43,661 nt of DNA from positions 1 through 43,661 of the forward strand of contig JAWBAI010000010.1 of the NCBI GenBank assembly GCA_038816475.1, in the 5' to 3' direction. Positions 30,078-40,416 of the stretch are shown in pieces. Numbering within the stretch: position 1 is the first letter of the stretch; the number at the start of each line of letters is the position of its first letter. Source of the DNA: Desulfurococcaceae archaeon (GTDB lineage: Archaea; Thermoproteota; Thermoprotei_A; Sulfolobales; Desulfurococcaceae). The position numbers and the translations under genes were made by a program. The notes beneath the pieces were generated by a model that was given only the letters and a program-made list of their open reading frames with translations, ran no database searches and was not told the origin of the DNA.

Positions 30078-30771
30078 GCTTTTCCATTCTCTTTCTTTCC
30101 TCTTCAATTGCTTCAATTATTGTTGCTTCCTCTATTAATCGTTGCACGCTTATTTCAACGCCCAGAATTCTCGCGATCACGCTTATAGCCACAGCACTCG
30201 CTTTGGGATCAGGTCTATAGGGGTCTGTGAACGGTAGAATAACAACACCTCTGAGACCATAGGCTTTCATGAACATCATGGTTAAAGCCAGTGGACCTAT
30301 TATGTACCTCTCTTCGAGAACCCTTGCATCACCGCGTTTCATAGTTGTGTTGTTTATTGGTATCCATCTGTACTTCTCGTTGGGGTCATCACGTAGCTCT
30401 TGACTCAGTCCACCGATGAGTATGACCTCCCTGACACCAATATCTTTTGACCACTTCGCCAGGAACTCAGCGTAATCGGACCTCTCCTTTTCGTGTGGAG
30501 TGTTATTGTGAAGAACCACTACTAATTTGTTTGAACCCGCGTTTCCACTGTAGACCTCGAACGGGAACTCTATGTCGTTATCTCTTGTGTACAATGATAC
30601 TTCAGGCATATACCTTGTTCTAATAAACCCGATCTTCTCTAACTTAAGCTCTTTTATGAGATGACGTGTAGCTAAATACCCTACTAGCCCGAAGCCTTGA
30701 TAACCCGTTACTAGTATAGAGCCTTCTAGTTCTTCCCTACTAACTTGCCTAAGCGGGAAGAACCTGATCAC
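30034..30771 (-). CDS. Proteasome assembly chaperone, PAC2 family
   Basis: LVTGYQGFGLVGYLATRHLI, LIGGL, IIGPLAL, PDPKAS. Confidence 0.88.
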   Translation of the reverse strand: MIRFFPLRQVSREELEGSILVTGYQGFGLVGYLATRHLIKELKLEKIGFIRTRYMPEVSLYTRDNDIEFPFEVYSGNAGSNKLVVVLHNNTPHEKERSDYAEFLAKWSKDIGVREVILIGGLSQELRDDPNEKYRWIPINNTTMKRGDARVLEERYIIGPLALTMMFMKAYGLRGVVILPFTDPYRPDPKASAVAISVIARILGVEISVQRLIEEATIIEAIEEERKRMEKLSEEYERRHRLTYI

Positions 30772-31250
30772 AACCCAACTCCCTCTCTGATCTTTACTGC
30801 TACACCCCGCTTATAGTATACCATCTCCCATCCAGACCTGGCTGCTCTGCCAACGGCTATCAGTTCACCCTGTTGATCCAGTACAAGTACTTCGTCATCT
30901 GGTCTAATACTGGGATCAGCTGCGAGCACGTGTTTGCAGAAAAGTGTTTTACCGGATTTCACGAACGGTGCATACACGCTCTTGACGAATACTCTTAACT
31001 TAGGTTTGGGAAGAAGCTGGTTTAATACAATACCACTCGGTATGTAGAGGTTGAATCTGTAATCTCTAGACCTTAAACCTAAGTAAGGTCTATTCAAGTA
31101 GAGAATAAACCTGATCTTCTCAGTGTTCGGGCTTACACCTACTAGAACATTGCTTGGAATAAACTCCTCACCTTTAACTCCGAACTGGAGCTCGGCGATT
31201 TCCCTTAGTTCCATGAGTTCTCTTGTTGATGGTTTACGCGTGATCATCAT
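30768..31250 (-). CDS. PUA-domain protein (ArcTGT C-terminal-like)
   Basis: IAELQFG, GKTLFCKHVLAADPSIRPDDEVLV...LIAVGRA...AVKIREG. Confidence 0.88.
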   Translation of the reverse strand: MMITRKPSTRELMELREIAELQFGVKGEEFIPSNVLVGVSPNTEKIRFILYLNRPYLGLRSRDYRFNLYIPSGIVLNQLLPKPKLRVFVKSVYAPFVKSGKTLFCKHVLAADPSIRPDDEVLVLDQQGELIAVGRAARSGWEMVYYKRGVAVKIREGVGL

Positions 31251-31259
31251 TGCTAAAAC

Positions 31260-32486
31260 CTACGTAATGTAACGTGAGGCTCCAAGAGTATCGGAGCCCT
31301 TTTGTTCGCTCCAGCTTTGTCTAATGCTCTTCTTGCTTTTAACTTTCTCGATAGCTCTGAGCAGATCGCTCATGGTTACGTATCTTCGGTTTTCCCTGAT
31401 AGCTATGTATCCTGCTTCAATTACAGCTAACCTTATGTCAGCTCCCGAAAAGCCCTCGGTTATCTCAGCTAGGTGTTGGTAATCAATGTCTCCCTTGAGT
31501 TTTACTCTTCTTGTGTGTATTTTGAATATCTGTACTCGCCCGTTCTTATCTGGTAAAGGTATTTCGATCACGCGATCAAACCTACCGGGTCTAAGTATCG
31601 CGGGGTCCAGTATATCTATTCTGTTAGTGGCGGCTAGAACCTTGATGCGGTCGAGTGGGCGGAAGCCGTCCATCTCCGCGAGTAACTGCATTAGTGTTCG
31701 TTGAACCTCGCGCTCACCGCTAGTGCCTATTTCTATTCTTTTAGCAGCTATTGCGTCTACTTCGTCTATGAACACTATGGCTGGAGCTTTTCTCCTAGCA
31801 AGAGCAAATACCTCTCTTACGATTCTAGCACCTTCACCGATGTACTTGTTAACGAGCTCACTTCCAACTATTGCTATAAATGTAGCTTCTGCCTCGGATG
31901 CAACAGCTTTAGCTAGGAGGGTTTTTCCGCATCCAGGTGGTCCATAGAGGAGAACCCCCTTAGGGACTTCCACTCCAATCTCTTCGAATAGTTCCGGGTG
32001 CTTTAGAGGTAGTTCAACAACTTCTCTTATTTCCCTTATTTGCTCGTCTAATCCACCTATATCGCTGTACCGTACATTTGGTTTCTCGATAACCTCCAGA
32101 AGCTGAACATATGAATCGTAGTAGTCGGGTAGAATATCTACTATTGTTGAACCGCGCTGATTGAGTGCTACCTTAATCCCGGGTCTCAGCTTGGACTTAT
32201 CAACGAAGTCTGCAACGTGAACAACGAGACTAGGTCCACTACTACTTTTAACTACTACTCTGCCGTCGGGTAGTAGGCTTTCCACGGTTGCCTCTATTAA
32301 TGGCGAAGAAAGGAGCTTTTCGATTTCACTTTTATAGTACTCTAATTTACGCTCAAGTTTTTTCTTTTCTTCTTCCAACTGCTTTAACCTTACTTCGAGG
32401 TACGCTATATAGTCCTTTTCATCGGTTAAAACAACATTAAAGTCGTCACTAACAGTTTCCTCGTGTTTCCTAAGATCACTGCTCAT
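31260..32486 (-). CDS. pan: Proteasome-activating nucleotidase
   Basis: Coiled coil, OB domain, [31 protein letters not shown]; C-terminal YIT. Confidence 0.96.
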   Translation of the reverse strand: MSSDLRKHEETVSDDFNVVLTDEKDYIAYLEVRLKQLEEEKKKLERKLEYYKSEIEKLLSSPLIEATVESLLPDGRVVVKSSSGPSLVVHVADFVDKSKLRPGIKVALNQRGSTIVDILPDYYDSYVQLLEVIEKPNVRYSDIGGLDEQIREIREVVELPLKHPELFEEIGVEVPKGVLLYGPPGCGKTLLAKAVASEAEATFIAIVGSELVNKYIGEGARIVREVFALARRKAPAIVFIDEVDAIAAKRIEIGTSGEREVQRTLMQLLAEMDGFRPLDRIKVLAATNRIDILDPAILRPGRFDRVIEIPLPDKNGRVQIFKIHTRRVKLKGDIDYQHLAEITEGFSGADIRLAVIEAGYIAIRENRRYVTMSDLLRAIEKVKSKKSIRQSWSEQKGSDTLGASRYIT

Positions 32487-32549
32487 GGTATTGAGCCCAG
32501 GTATATAATTGCTAAATGCAAATGTTTAAAGTGGTCGGGGGGTTCTCCG

Positions 32550-33071
32550 TTGTCTTACTACTGCGAAATGTGTGGACGCGACATCGAGTCTAAGAATGCT
32601 AAAAGGGCTGTTGTTGAAGGAAGCTTGCTCATCCTGTGCCCAGAATGCTACTCAAGATTATCCAAGCAGACAATTGTGAGAGACATTGAGAGTACTCGTC
32701 CTCCAACCTCTAAACCTGCTGCGAAGCAGCGAATAATCACTAGACCAGCGAAGCTCATCGAAGACTTAGAGGTAGTTGAAGATTACGCATCAAGGATAAG
32801 ATCGGCGAGAGAATCACTAGGCTGGTCTCAGGAGGTTCTAGCCCAGAAAACTGGTGAGACTGTGTCAACGATCAAAAGAATAGAAAGCGGAAGGTTGAAG
32901 CCGAGTATAGAGCTCGCTAGAAAACTGGAAAGAGTGCTGGGTGTAAAGTTGCTAGAACCAGTTGTTCAGGAGGGGGCATCTTCGAAGCCTAGTGATAGTA
33001 TAAGCTATCTGACAATAGGAGACATCATAAACGTAAACATTGAGAATAAATCGAAGAAGAAGGGAGCATAG
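32550..33071 (+). CDS. Archaeal multiprotein bridging factor aMBF1
   Basis: CEMCG...LCPEC Zn ribbon, EVVEDYASRIRSARE..GWSQE HTH, LTIGD. Start TTG 32550. Confidence 0.92.
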   Translation: MSYYCEMCGRDIESKNAKRAVVEGSLLILCPECYSRLSKQTIVRDIESTRPPTSKPAAKQRIITRPAKLIEDLEVVEDYASRIRSARESLGWSQEVLAQKTGETVSTIKRIESGRLKPSIELARKLERVLGVKLLEPVVQEGASSKPSDSISYLTIGDIINVNIENKSKKKGA

Positions 33072-33075
33072 TAGT

Positions 33076-34149
33076 TTGAAAGTGTATGTTGTAGTACCCA
33101 AGAAGTACGAGAGGTTTCTAGAAGAAGAGTTGTCCCTTGTAAGAACAGTGTACAGCGACGTGGTTGGATATCTCATCGTAAAGCGTACAAATCCTAAAAC
33201 ATACCTATCCAGAGAGAAGCTGGAGAAGCTAAAGCAGTACGACTTCGACAAGCTAGTTGTAATGGACAGGTTGAAACCGTCTCAGCTTGTGAACCTAGCG
33301 AGAGCTATTAGAAAAGAGGTTGCTGATAGAATACTGGTCATCCTAGAAGTATTCGCTGAACACGCTGGTTCTAAGGAAGCGCATCTTCAAATAGAGCTTG
33401 CAAGACTACGCCACTTGCTTCCTCTGATCAAGGAGACCATTAGATACGCTAAGCTGGGAGAACTGCATGGATTTCTGGGTGCAGGTCGCTACGGATACGA
33501 GAAATACTACTTGATGCTGAAGAGGAGAGAAGCAAGAGTTAGAAGAGAGATTGAGAGACTTCGAGAGATAAGAACCATTAGACGTAAGGCAAGACTTGAA
33601 TCAGGTTATCCCCACGTTGTAATTGTAGGGTACACTTGTGCAGGTAAAACAAGCTTATTTAACGCAATAACAGGACTTCTTAAACCAGTTGGTCCTGAAC
33701 CCTTCACAACTCTTACACCCAAGGCTTGCAGGGTAAACTACAAGGATGTAGACTTTATACTTGTAGACACAGTTGGATTTATTAGAGATATTCCACCAGA
33801 GATCGTGGAAGCATTTTACGCAACACTCGAGGAAATAGCTGAAGCCGATTTGATAATAAACGTAGTAGACATATCTAAGTCGATGGATGAGATTAAAAAC
33901 GAAATTGCAACGTGCAATGACATACTAAGGAAAATAGGTGTTCACGAGAAACCAACAGTATACGCTTTAAACAAGATCGACAAGCTCGCCAACAACTACG
34001 ACATCGTTGTAGAAGCCGTAGAGAAGCTAGTGAACGGAAAAGCAGTAGTACCAGTATCATGCACAAAGAGAATGAATATAGATCTCCTACTTGAAAAAGT
34101 GTACGAGGAGCTCAGAAGGGTTGTAGGCGTACATGAACGCAAAGTCTAG
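33076..34149 (+). CDS. hflX: GTPase HflX
   Basis: [51 protein letters not shown]. Start TTG 33076 probable. Confidence 0.93.
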   Translation: MKVYVVVPKKYERFLEEELSLVRTVYSDVVGYLIVKRTNPKTYLSREKLEKLKQYDFDKLVVMDRLKPSQLVNLARAIRKEVADRILVILEVFAEHAGSKEAHLQIELARLRHLLPLIKETIRYAKLGELHGFLGAGRYGYEKYYLMLKRREARVRREIERLREIRTIRRKARLESGYPHVVIVGYTCAGKTSLFNAITGLLKPVGPEPFTTLTPKACRVNYKDVDFILVDTVGFIRDIPPEIVEAFYATLEEIAEADLIINVVDISKSMDEIKNEIATCNDILRKIGVHEKPTVYALNKIDKLANNYDIVVEAVEKLVNGKAVVPVSCTKRMNIDLLLEKVYEELRRVVGVHERKV

Positions 34150-34678
34150 AAAAGTATTTGTTCTAAGGTATGGACATAGGCCAGGACGCGATAAAAGAAT
34201 TACAACACACGTACTTCTAGTAGCTAGAGCCTTTGGAGCAAACGGGTTTATTCTAGGTGATGTAGTTGATGAAACTCTGTTGAAAGCGTACCAAAAGGTC
34301 GTGTCTACATGGGGAGGTAACCTACAGTTCGAAATGGGAGTAGACTCTGAAAAGTACTGCTTGAACTGGAAGAAAAATGGTATCATAGTTCACTTAACTA
34401 TGTACGGGTTGCCCGTGGACGATGTGATAGGTGAAATAAGAAGTAGTCAAAAAGACCTCTTAGTAGTAGTCGGAGCTAAGAAAGTTCCCAGATTCTTCTA
34501 TGAGATTGCTGACTACAACGTTGCTATTGGTAATCAGCCACACTCCGAGGTAGCTGCACTCGCTGTATTTCTCGATAGGTTGTTCGAAGGGAAAGAACTC
34601 TACTTGAAGTTCGACAACGCTAAACTGGAGGTCGTACCGTCTGCTCGTGGGAAAAAAGTTAGAATACTAAGAAAATGA
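34133..34678 (+). CDS. trm56: tRNA (cytidine56-2'-O)-methyltransferase
   Basis: [45 protein letters not shown]. Confidence 0.95.
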   Translation: MNAKSRKVFVLRYGHRPGRDKRITTHVLLVARAFGANGFILGDVVDETLLKAYQKVVSTWGGNLQFEMGVDSEKYCLNWKKNGIIVHLTMYGLPVDDVIGEIRSSQKDLLVVVGAKKVPRFFYEIADYNVAIGNQPHSEVAALAVFLDRLFEGKELYLKFDNAKLEVVPSARGKKVRILRK

Positions 34679-34966
34679 TTGCGAACTGCAAGTACTGAGG
34701 GCTTCCACGATTTTTCTCTTAAGAGATTCTACGTCGAAGCCTAACACAATGGAACCGTGAATGGACAAAAAGGCATTTTCAACGCACTCAGCACTACTAC
34801 AGCCTTTGAGTGCATTTTCAAGGACCTCTAGAGCATCCTCTGGGTACACGAAGAAATCGCCTGTTATCTCCGCGCGCTCAATAGCACAATTTTCTGAAAA
34901 TATTACGTCAAGCTTAACGGTTTTAGTGAAACGTAGTACAATTGAATACGTCTTCACGTATTTCAC
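34667..34966 (-). CDS. Lipoate-protein ligase C-terminal subunit (LplB)
   Basis: [24 protein letters not shown]; directly downstream of the LplA catalytic gene. Confidence 0.85.
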   Translation of the reverse strand: MKYVKTYSIVLRFTKTVKLDVIFSENCAIERAEITGDFFVYPEDALEVLENALKGCSSAECVENAFLSIHGSIVLGFDVESLKRKIVEALSTCSSQSFS

Positions 34967-35718
34967 CTTCTGAATATCCAGGCGTGATCTCTGTACTTGT
35001 TAACTAGTTGTTTTGCGAGCTCAAGTTCTTTCTCGCTGAGCTGATCGTAGTATATTTCAGCGTTCAAAGCACGAGAAAAACCCCGAATTAGACTTCTGAT
35101 CAGCACCTCAAGATCCACGTCGCCAATGACCTGTTTTAGTGTTATAACTCTTTCTTTAATGCTCTTAACCCCCTTGCTCTCGAGTTTTACTGTTGGAACA
35201 AGTAGAGTTTTCTCCAGTGTATCTAGGTTTGTAGCGTACATTAGCGTTCCGTGTTGCAGTATATAACCCATTCTACGGGTTTGTGCACTTCCCGATATCT
35301 TGCGCTTTTGTACGACAACATCGTTTACAGGTACGAACTCTGCTTCGACGCCTAGTTCGCGGAGAGCATACACTAGTCCACTGCAAATTACTCTGTAGCT
35401 CTCCTGGACATCCGTTAGTGGACCATTGGCTGGGAGAACAATGCTGTAGGTTACTTCGCCATCAGCGTCATGGTACACGGAACCTCCTCCTGTTATTCTC
35501 CGTGTAAAAGGTATTCCTTTTTCTTCAAGGAACTCCAGGTTTACAGCCTCCCTCACCTTCTGGAAGTATCCAATTGTAACAGCGCTGGGAACAAATCTGT
35601 AGAGTCTAAGTGTGTTCTCGATTTCACCTCTAGTTCTCAGAACTAGCATAGCTTCATCAATAGCCATTTGCCAGTAGACATCTCTACCCGTTAAGTCGGT
35701 TAGTACTCGTAGCCTCAA
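34963..35718 (-). CDS. lplA: Lipoate-protein ligase catalytic subunit
   Basis: QMAIDEA, RRITGGGSVYHD, NDV, KISGSAQ, QHGT. Start TTG 35718. Confidence 0.92.
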   Translation of the reverse strand: MRLRVLTDLTGRDVYWQMAIDEAMLVLRTRGEIENTLRLYRFVPSAVTIGYFQKVREAVNLEFLEEKGIPFTRRITGGGSVYHDADGEVTYSIVLPANGPLTDVQESYRVICSGLVYALRELGVEAEFVPVNDVVVQKRKISGSAQTRRMGYILQHGTLMYATNLDTLEKTLLVPTVKLESKGVKSIKERVITLKQVIGDVDLEVLIRSLIRGFSRALNAEIYYDQLSEKELELAKQLVNKYRDHAWIFRR

Positions 35719-35812
35719 AGCATTACACCTCAGTGTAGTATAATTTGCTAGTATAATTAAGCTTGAATTGATGATAATGATACGTGAGCGCAATCTTCAG
35801 AGGTCGCTGGAA

Positions 35813-36760
35813 GTGAGCGCAAAGATTATAGTAAGAGCTTCGCTGGGAACACTTGCATCTCTGGGCTTATATGAGGTTAAAATGATGGAAAAACCTGAAA
35901 CAGCCTACTTGCTTCAGTACTCGCAAAGCGGTTGCAGAGCTTGCTGTGCTTTTTGTTTGCAGTCACGTAGGTTGTTCAACGTCAAGAACGGAGAATTCCT
36001 AGGAAGGGTTAGCTGGCCAGCTGTAGACCTGGATACATTAGCGAGCTCCTGGAAGAAGGTTTTCAAGCGTATATGTCTTCAAACAGTGGTAAAACCTGGT
36101 TTTACCAGCGAGGTTCTCGAAGTCCTGAGGAAGATCAGGTCGTTTGAGAGAGATCTACCAGTATCGATTGCAATAACACCTGTTTCCACGTATTTTCTAC
36201 ATGAGCTAAGAAAATTCGGTGTTGATGCTATAGGCGTAGGTCTTGATGCTTGTTCACCTCATGTTTTTGAAAAGTGGAGTAAACCCTACAGCTGGTCTAC
36301 GTATTGGAGATTCGTGGAGAAAGCTATCAGCGTTTTTGGTAGAGGTAATGTATACGTTCACCTGATTATTGGACTAGGGGAAACCCTAGTAGATGTTGTG
36401 AACTCGATCAAAAAAGCCTACAGCATGGGTGCTCGAGTCTCTTTGTTTAACTACGTTGATGAACAAGGTAGATCAAGAGTTGATATAAGTTACTACAGGT
36501 TAATTCAGGTGATTAGATTTCTGGTGGAAAACGGGTTTAATCCTGACGAGTACGTGGATTACGGCAAAGGAGTTGCATCGAGGAAGATACCAATAGAGCT
36601 GACTTCAGCATTCTACACGAGCGGATGCCCCAGCTGTAATAGACCATTTTACAACGAGAAACCCAGTGGACCGATCTACAACATTCCATCTGAGAACTAT
36701 CTTAAACTATACATGAGTAGACTCGAAGAAGAACTAGTAAAAGTAGGTATTAAGCTGTGA
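35813..36760 (+). CDS. lipS2: Radical SAM lipoyl synthase subunit LipS2-like
   Basis: CRACCAFC (CxxxCxxC), HLIIGLGE, C-terminal TSGCPSCNRPFYN. Start uncertain (35768-35813). Confidence 0.8.
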   Translation: MSAKIIVRASLGTLASLGLYEVKMMEKPETAYLLQYSQSGCRACCAFCLQSRRLFNVKNGEFLGRVSWPAVDLDTLASSWKKVFKRICLQTVVKPGFTSEVLEVLRKIRSFERDLPVSIAITPVSTYFLHELRKFGVDAIGVGLDACSPHVFEKWSKPYSWSTYWRFVEKAISVFGRGNVYVHLIIGLGETLVDVVNSIKKAYSMGARVSLFNYVDEQGRSRVDISYYRLIQVIRFLVENGFNPDEYVDYGKGVASRKIPIELTSAFYTSGCPSCNRPFYNEKPSGPIYNIPSENYLKLYMSRLEEELVKVGIKL

Positions 36761-37614
36761 AACTAAAAGCGTTTATACCCTACAAGTTGTATAAACCCTT
36801 GTCGATTACAGGTTCCTGGTGCTCGCTGAACTGTAGGTTCTGCAGTAGAAAGTATCTTGAAAACATGGTGTTTGCGAACCCAGAGAATTTCAGCAACGTT
36901 GTCCACGACCTCTACTATAATGGTGTCAGAGGAATACTAGTGAGTGGCGGTTTTAGACCAGATGCTACACTACCAATTGAACCCTACATAGACAGCATAT
37001 GCATTGTTAAAAAGAAACTAGACATTGTTATCAGTGCTCATCTGGGTTTGGTTGAAGACAGGAATGTTCTCGCGTCGTTGAAAAACTGCATTGATGTTGT
37101 TGACTACGAGTTTACTCTAAGTAGTTTCATTATCAACGAGGTTAGAGGTCTAAAGTTCGGTAAGGAGAGGTACATCAAAGCTCTCAACTTGATGCTTGAA
37201 GAAGGGTTACATGTTATTCCACACGTCTTTGTGTGGCATCCTAGGATTAAAACCGATGAGTTATCAGGAGAACTAAGAACACTACTAGAGATGGGAGTAC
37301 ACGAGGCAGCGCTTCTGGTATTCATAGATAACGAGTACAGGGGGTACAGAGAGAAAATAGCAGAGATAGTCCTAAGAAACATCGAACTCGCTCGATCGGT
37401 ATTCCCAGGCAAACTGTACATGGGTTGTATGAGACCAGGTTGGCTAAAACCCTTACTTGATCCTCTGATCATCGAAAGAAACCTTGTTGATAGAGTAGTA
37501 AATCCTCATCACACACTTCTCAGAGAGCGTAGTAATATAGTTCTGTACGATGCATGCTGCTCCATACCAGAACACCTGCTGAACAGGTTTCAATTAACCT
37601 ACATTAACCACTAA
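36757..37614 (+). CDS. lipS1: Radical SAM lipoyl synthase subunit LipS1-like
   Basis: SITGSWCSLNCRFC, LVSGG, GCMRP, C-terminal ACCS. Confidence 0.8.
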   Translation: MKLKAFIPYKLYKPLSITGSWCSLNCRFCSRKYLENMVFANPENFSNVVHDLYYNGVRGILVSGGFRPDATLPIEPYIDSICIVKKKLDIVISAHLGLVEDRNVLASLKNCIDVVDYEFTLSSFIINEVRGLKFGKERYIKALNLMLEEGLHVIPHVFVWHPRIKTDELSGELRTLLEMGVHEAALLVFIDNEYRGYREKIAEIVLRNIELARSVFPGKLYMGCMRPGWLKPLLDPLIIERNLVDRVVNPHHTLLRERSNIVLYDACCSIPEHLLNRFQLTYINH

Positions 37615-37709
37615 ACAAACCATTGAGTATGCATTAAATACTCAGTTTACTCGATAGACCAAGTAACTTACTAAACCAAGATCACACAGGTTTACTGATG
37701 CATAAAGTT

Positions 37710-37732
37710 CGTGTTCAATCTCTGTGAACACG
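37710..37732. terminator. Hairpin between convergent genes
   Basis: CGTGTTCA-ATCTCTG-TGAACACG, 8-bp stem; function unproven. Confidence 0.3.
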
Positions 37733-37775
37733 CTTTTAGCGAGCCATGAAGCTACTCACTCAGCATGTCCTTAGC

Positions 37776-38513
37776 TTACCATGGAACCCCACCTTCTTCG
37801 TCAACTAGGGTTTTCTTGTAGAGTTTTAGTGTTAGGAGTAAACCGATCACTAGAACTAGGATTTCGATAAAGACCAGATAATACCACATCTCCGGTAAAC
37901 TGGTAGCAAGCTGCTAATGCGTCTATGAAGCCATGTACCACTACTATTACTGCGAATCCTTTGAGTTCCTTTCCAATGCTCCATGCATTGTAAAGGTACA
38001 GTGTACTACCGGCGTGGAACAGAAGCGCGGAAAACCTTTCAATTCCAGAAACAATGTAGTAGTATAATGGAACTTTGACTACTTGTCCCGCGAAGAGTTG
38101 TGTAATTAACCCGGTTATACCAACGAAGAACGCTTCCATTAAGCCGAACCCAGCTCCTACGTTCATACTTGTAACGTAGGACTTGTTTCTTACAAACAAG
38201 TACTTAAACCCGGATTGAACTAGAGCTGCTACGAACCCAAGCCAGATCGATATGGCTAATGTAAAGAACAAGTTTTGCGCTGTAACACGCTCTAGTACTT
38301 TTCCCTGGATCTCGACTGGGTCAACTGTTAAACCATTTGAAAACAACAAGTATAGTAGTGGAAGCTGTTGAATTGGCTGTTGAATAAAGATCGAAATGAA
38401 AAAACCGCGAACCCTAGCAGTAGATCTCCACCATGGAACTTTCTGAATCCAAGTAAACGTATGAACAGAACTCCAGCTAAACCTCCTAAAACAGGGAACA
38501 CAAAAACAAGCAT
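37776..38513 (-). pseudogene. YhfC/PrsW-like intramembrane protease homologue with two frameshifts
   Basis: GAGFGLMEA, ERFSALLFH, HGFID. One T missing in the T6 run (38399-38404; repaired: AVFFISIFIQQPIQQ). One extra base at ~37881 (repaired: VYLVFIEILVLVIGLLL...GVPW*, TAA 37776-37778). Confidence 0.8.
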
Positions 38514-38539
38514 TTACTTATGACACCTATTGCTTCTTT

Positions 38540-38870
38540 TCCTCTCTCAACAACAACTGTTCCATAAGCGTATATTTCAGCCATTCCAATCCCAATAGTC
38601 GAAGTTGCGAATCTAAACCCTATGATTGCGTTACCACCCATGGCTTTAGCTGACTCGAACATTCGTTTTAAAGCTTCTTCTCTAGCTTTCGCTAATAACC
38701 TATGTATACTCCTTTACTTCTCCACCAGTAATGTTTCTCAGAGGCGCCATGATATCGCGACCGATGTGAGCTGCTCTTACAACCCCTCCTCGAGCAATAC
38801 CCTTGATCTCCTTGATCCTATACCCTGGAATAGTATCAGTTGTAACAGTAATTACTTCGTTGTAATCCAT
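38540..38870 (-). pseudogene. YbjQ/UPF0145 family gene with frameshift
   Basis: MDYNEVITVTTDTIPGYRIKEIKG...HIGRDIMA.LRNITGGEVKEYT* (TAG 38702-38700) continues after a 1-nt shift as LLAKAREEALKRM...MGGNAIIGFRF...AEIYAYGTVVV. 3' end approximate. Confidence 0.85.
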
Positions 38871-39037
38871 GAAAAATCCTGGGTTCTACAATGTCTTCAA
38901 ATCATATAGCTTTGATTTAAACCGTGTTCTTTATTTATACATCCCTGCAACTTCAATAAGAGTTGTAGGATCAAGAATTTACAAGGTGGAATCTAAGTTA
39001 AACTTATAATGCCATCGGATTCGGTCACGGTTGAAAC

Positions 39038-39059
39038 TTAGCTAAATATTAGCTAAATA
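39038..39059. repeat. Tandem 11-bp repeat (TTAGCTAAATA)2
   Basis: Two exact copies, each containing the palindrome TTAGCTAA. Confidence 0.8.
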
Positions 39060-39285
39060 CCCAATTACAACAGAGATCTCTAGAACTTAACCCAGTGGAA
39101 CCACATATAGCAGCAATAGGTAGAATAAGAGGTTTTCTAGGATGAGTAGAAGAATTTGCGAATGATCATTTCATAGCCGTTACAAGTTTTTAATTAACTA
39201 CTTAAAAATTAAATTTACCAAAGCAACAGTCACCGGGTTTTCATTTGTTCGTTTTTAGATTAGCTGCATATTTATGCTGTCTCTA

Positions 39286-40302
39286 CTATTTTAATGTTTC
39301 CTGTATTTTAGTTAACATAGCGTTCTTATCCATCATAAGTTCAACGATATCATATAAATACGCTCTTACTCTACGTAAATTATCCAGTACTAGGAACATT
39401 TGAGGATCTTTCTTGAGGATACTAACGTATTCATCCTCAATTTGAATCAACTCGTTATACTTACTACTTATAGTAGAATAAACTGTTTCATATTGGAAAT
39501 CCTCTACGAGTTTCTTCACGAGCATGGAGAATTCTACTATTGTTTCAATATGTTTTACTACGAGCATTTTATCATCATCTGAGAAATTGAACTGTGATCT
39601 AAGTAGATCACGTGCGATGTACGTCACGTGATCAATCGATCTCTCGAGGTTTCTTAGTATATTATACACTATGTTTACTTCGAGAAACGATGAAAATCCG
39701 TGTTCCCGCGGCAAATGTTCACCCATTAGTATTTTATTCAGTATTCTCAGAGAATACAGTGTTAATTTATCAGCTAAACTATCCTTATTCACTAGTTCCT
39801 GGAGTCTATTTTCGTTGAAGTCGCCGCTTTTAATTACTAGTAGAAGAACCTTTAGAGTTGAATCAAGTAATTTAAATAATCTCTCAATTATTTCTCTTAC
39901 ACTTATACTGAAATCTCCAGCAATATTCTTAATGATTACTGAGTTCCTTTCGAAACCTACAACCTCTAATCCAAGTACTTTAGACTTTAGCTCTTCTTGA
40001 AAAAGCTTCAGGTAGCTTGGATTACTTAAATTGACTCTTACATAGAACTCGTCATAACCCACTAGGTATCTTGATATAATGTTCATTAAATCATATCGTA
40101 AATTCCCTACTAATTCAAGTTCAATAGAGCCCGTTCTTCGTTGTTTTACGGATTTAGAAGGCGGTATGATTATCAAGCTCAGGTCCGGGGAGATTTCTAA
40201 AAGCACTTCATCCTGGCGTTTTAAACCATGTAGCTTAGCCCATTCTTTTGGAATTGATATTAAAAAAGTATCTCCTATCACTTGAACACGTCTTTTAAAC
40301 AT
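39286..40302 (-). CDS. phoU: Phosphate uptake regulator, AbrB-domain/PhoU family
   Basis: RRVQVIGDTFLISIPKEWA (AbrB), YLVGYD, GLEVV, LERSIDH; divergent from the pst operon. Confidence 0.85.
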   Translation of the reverse strand: MFKRRVQVIGDTFLISIPKEWAKLHGLKRQDEVLLEISPDLSLIIIPPSKSVKQRRTGSIELELVGNLRYDLMNIISRYLVGYDEFYVRVNLSNPSYLKLFQEELKSKVLGLEVVGFERNSVIIKNIAGDFSISVREIIERLFKLLDSTLKVLLLVIKSGDFNENRLQELVNKDSLADKLTLYSLRILNKILMGEHLPREHGFSSFLEVNIVYNILRNLERSIDHVTYIARDLLRSQFNFSDDDKMLVVKHIETIVEFSMLVKKLVEDFQYETVYSTISSKYNELIQIEDEYVSILKKDPQMFLVLDNLRRVRAYLYDIVELMMDKNAMLTKIQETLK

Positions 40303-40318
40303 ATTATCACTACCACCC

Positions 40319-40392
40319 TATGTATCTATAAATGTCTTTAAATATTTAAAATACATTTAAATCTATTGTTGAAAATTTTTAAAAGTATGTAT
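40319..40392. promoter_or_regulatory. Divergent phoU/pstS promoter region
   Basis: Palindrome TTTAAATATTTAAA (40337-40350) flanked by AAATGT/ACATTT; TATGTAT at 40319 and 40386. Confidence 0.45.
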
Positions 40393-40416
40393 ATTCATGA
40401 ACAAAAATGGGGCTAT

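Noticed and set aside
38622-38909. 95-aa plus-strand ORF
   Set aside because: Antisense to the frameshifted YbjQ gene, which carries clear family motifs.
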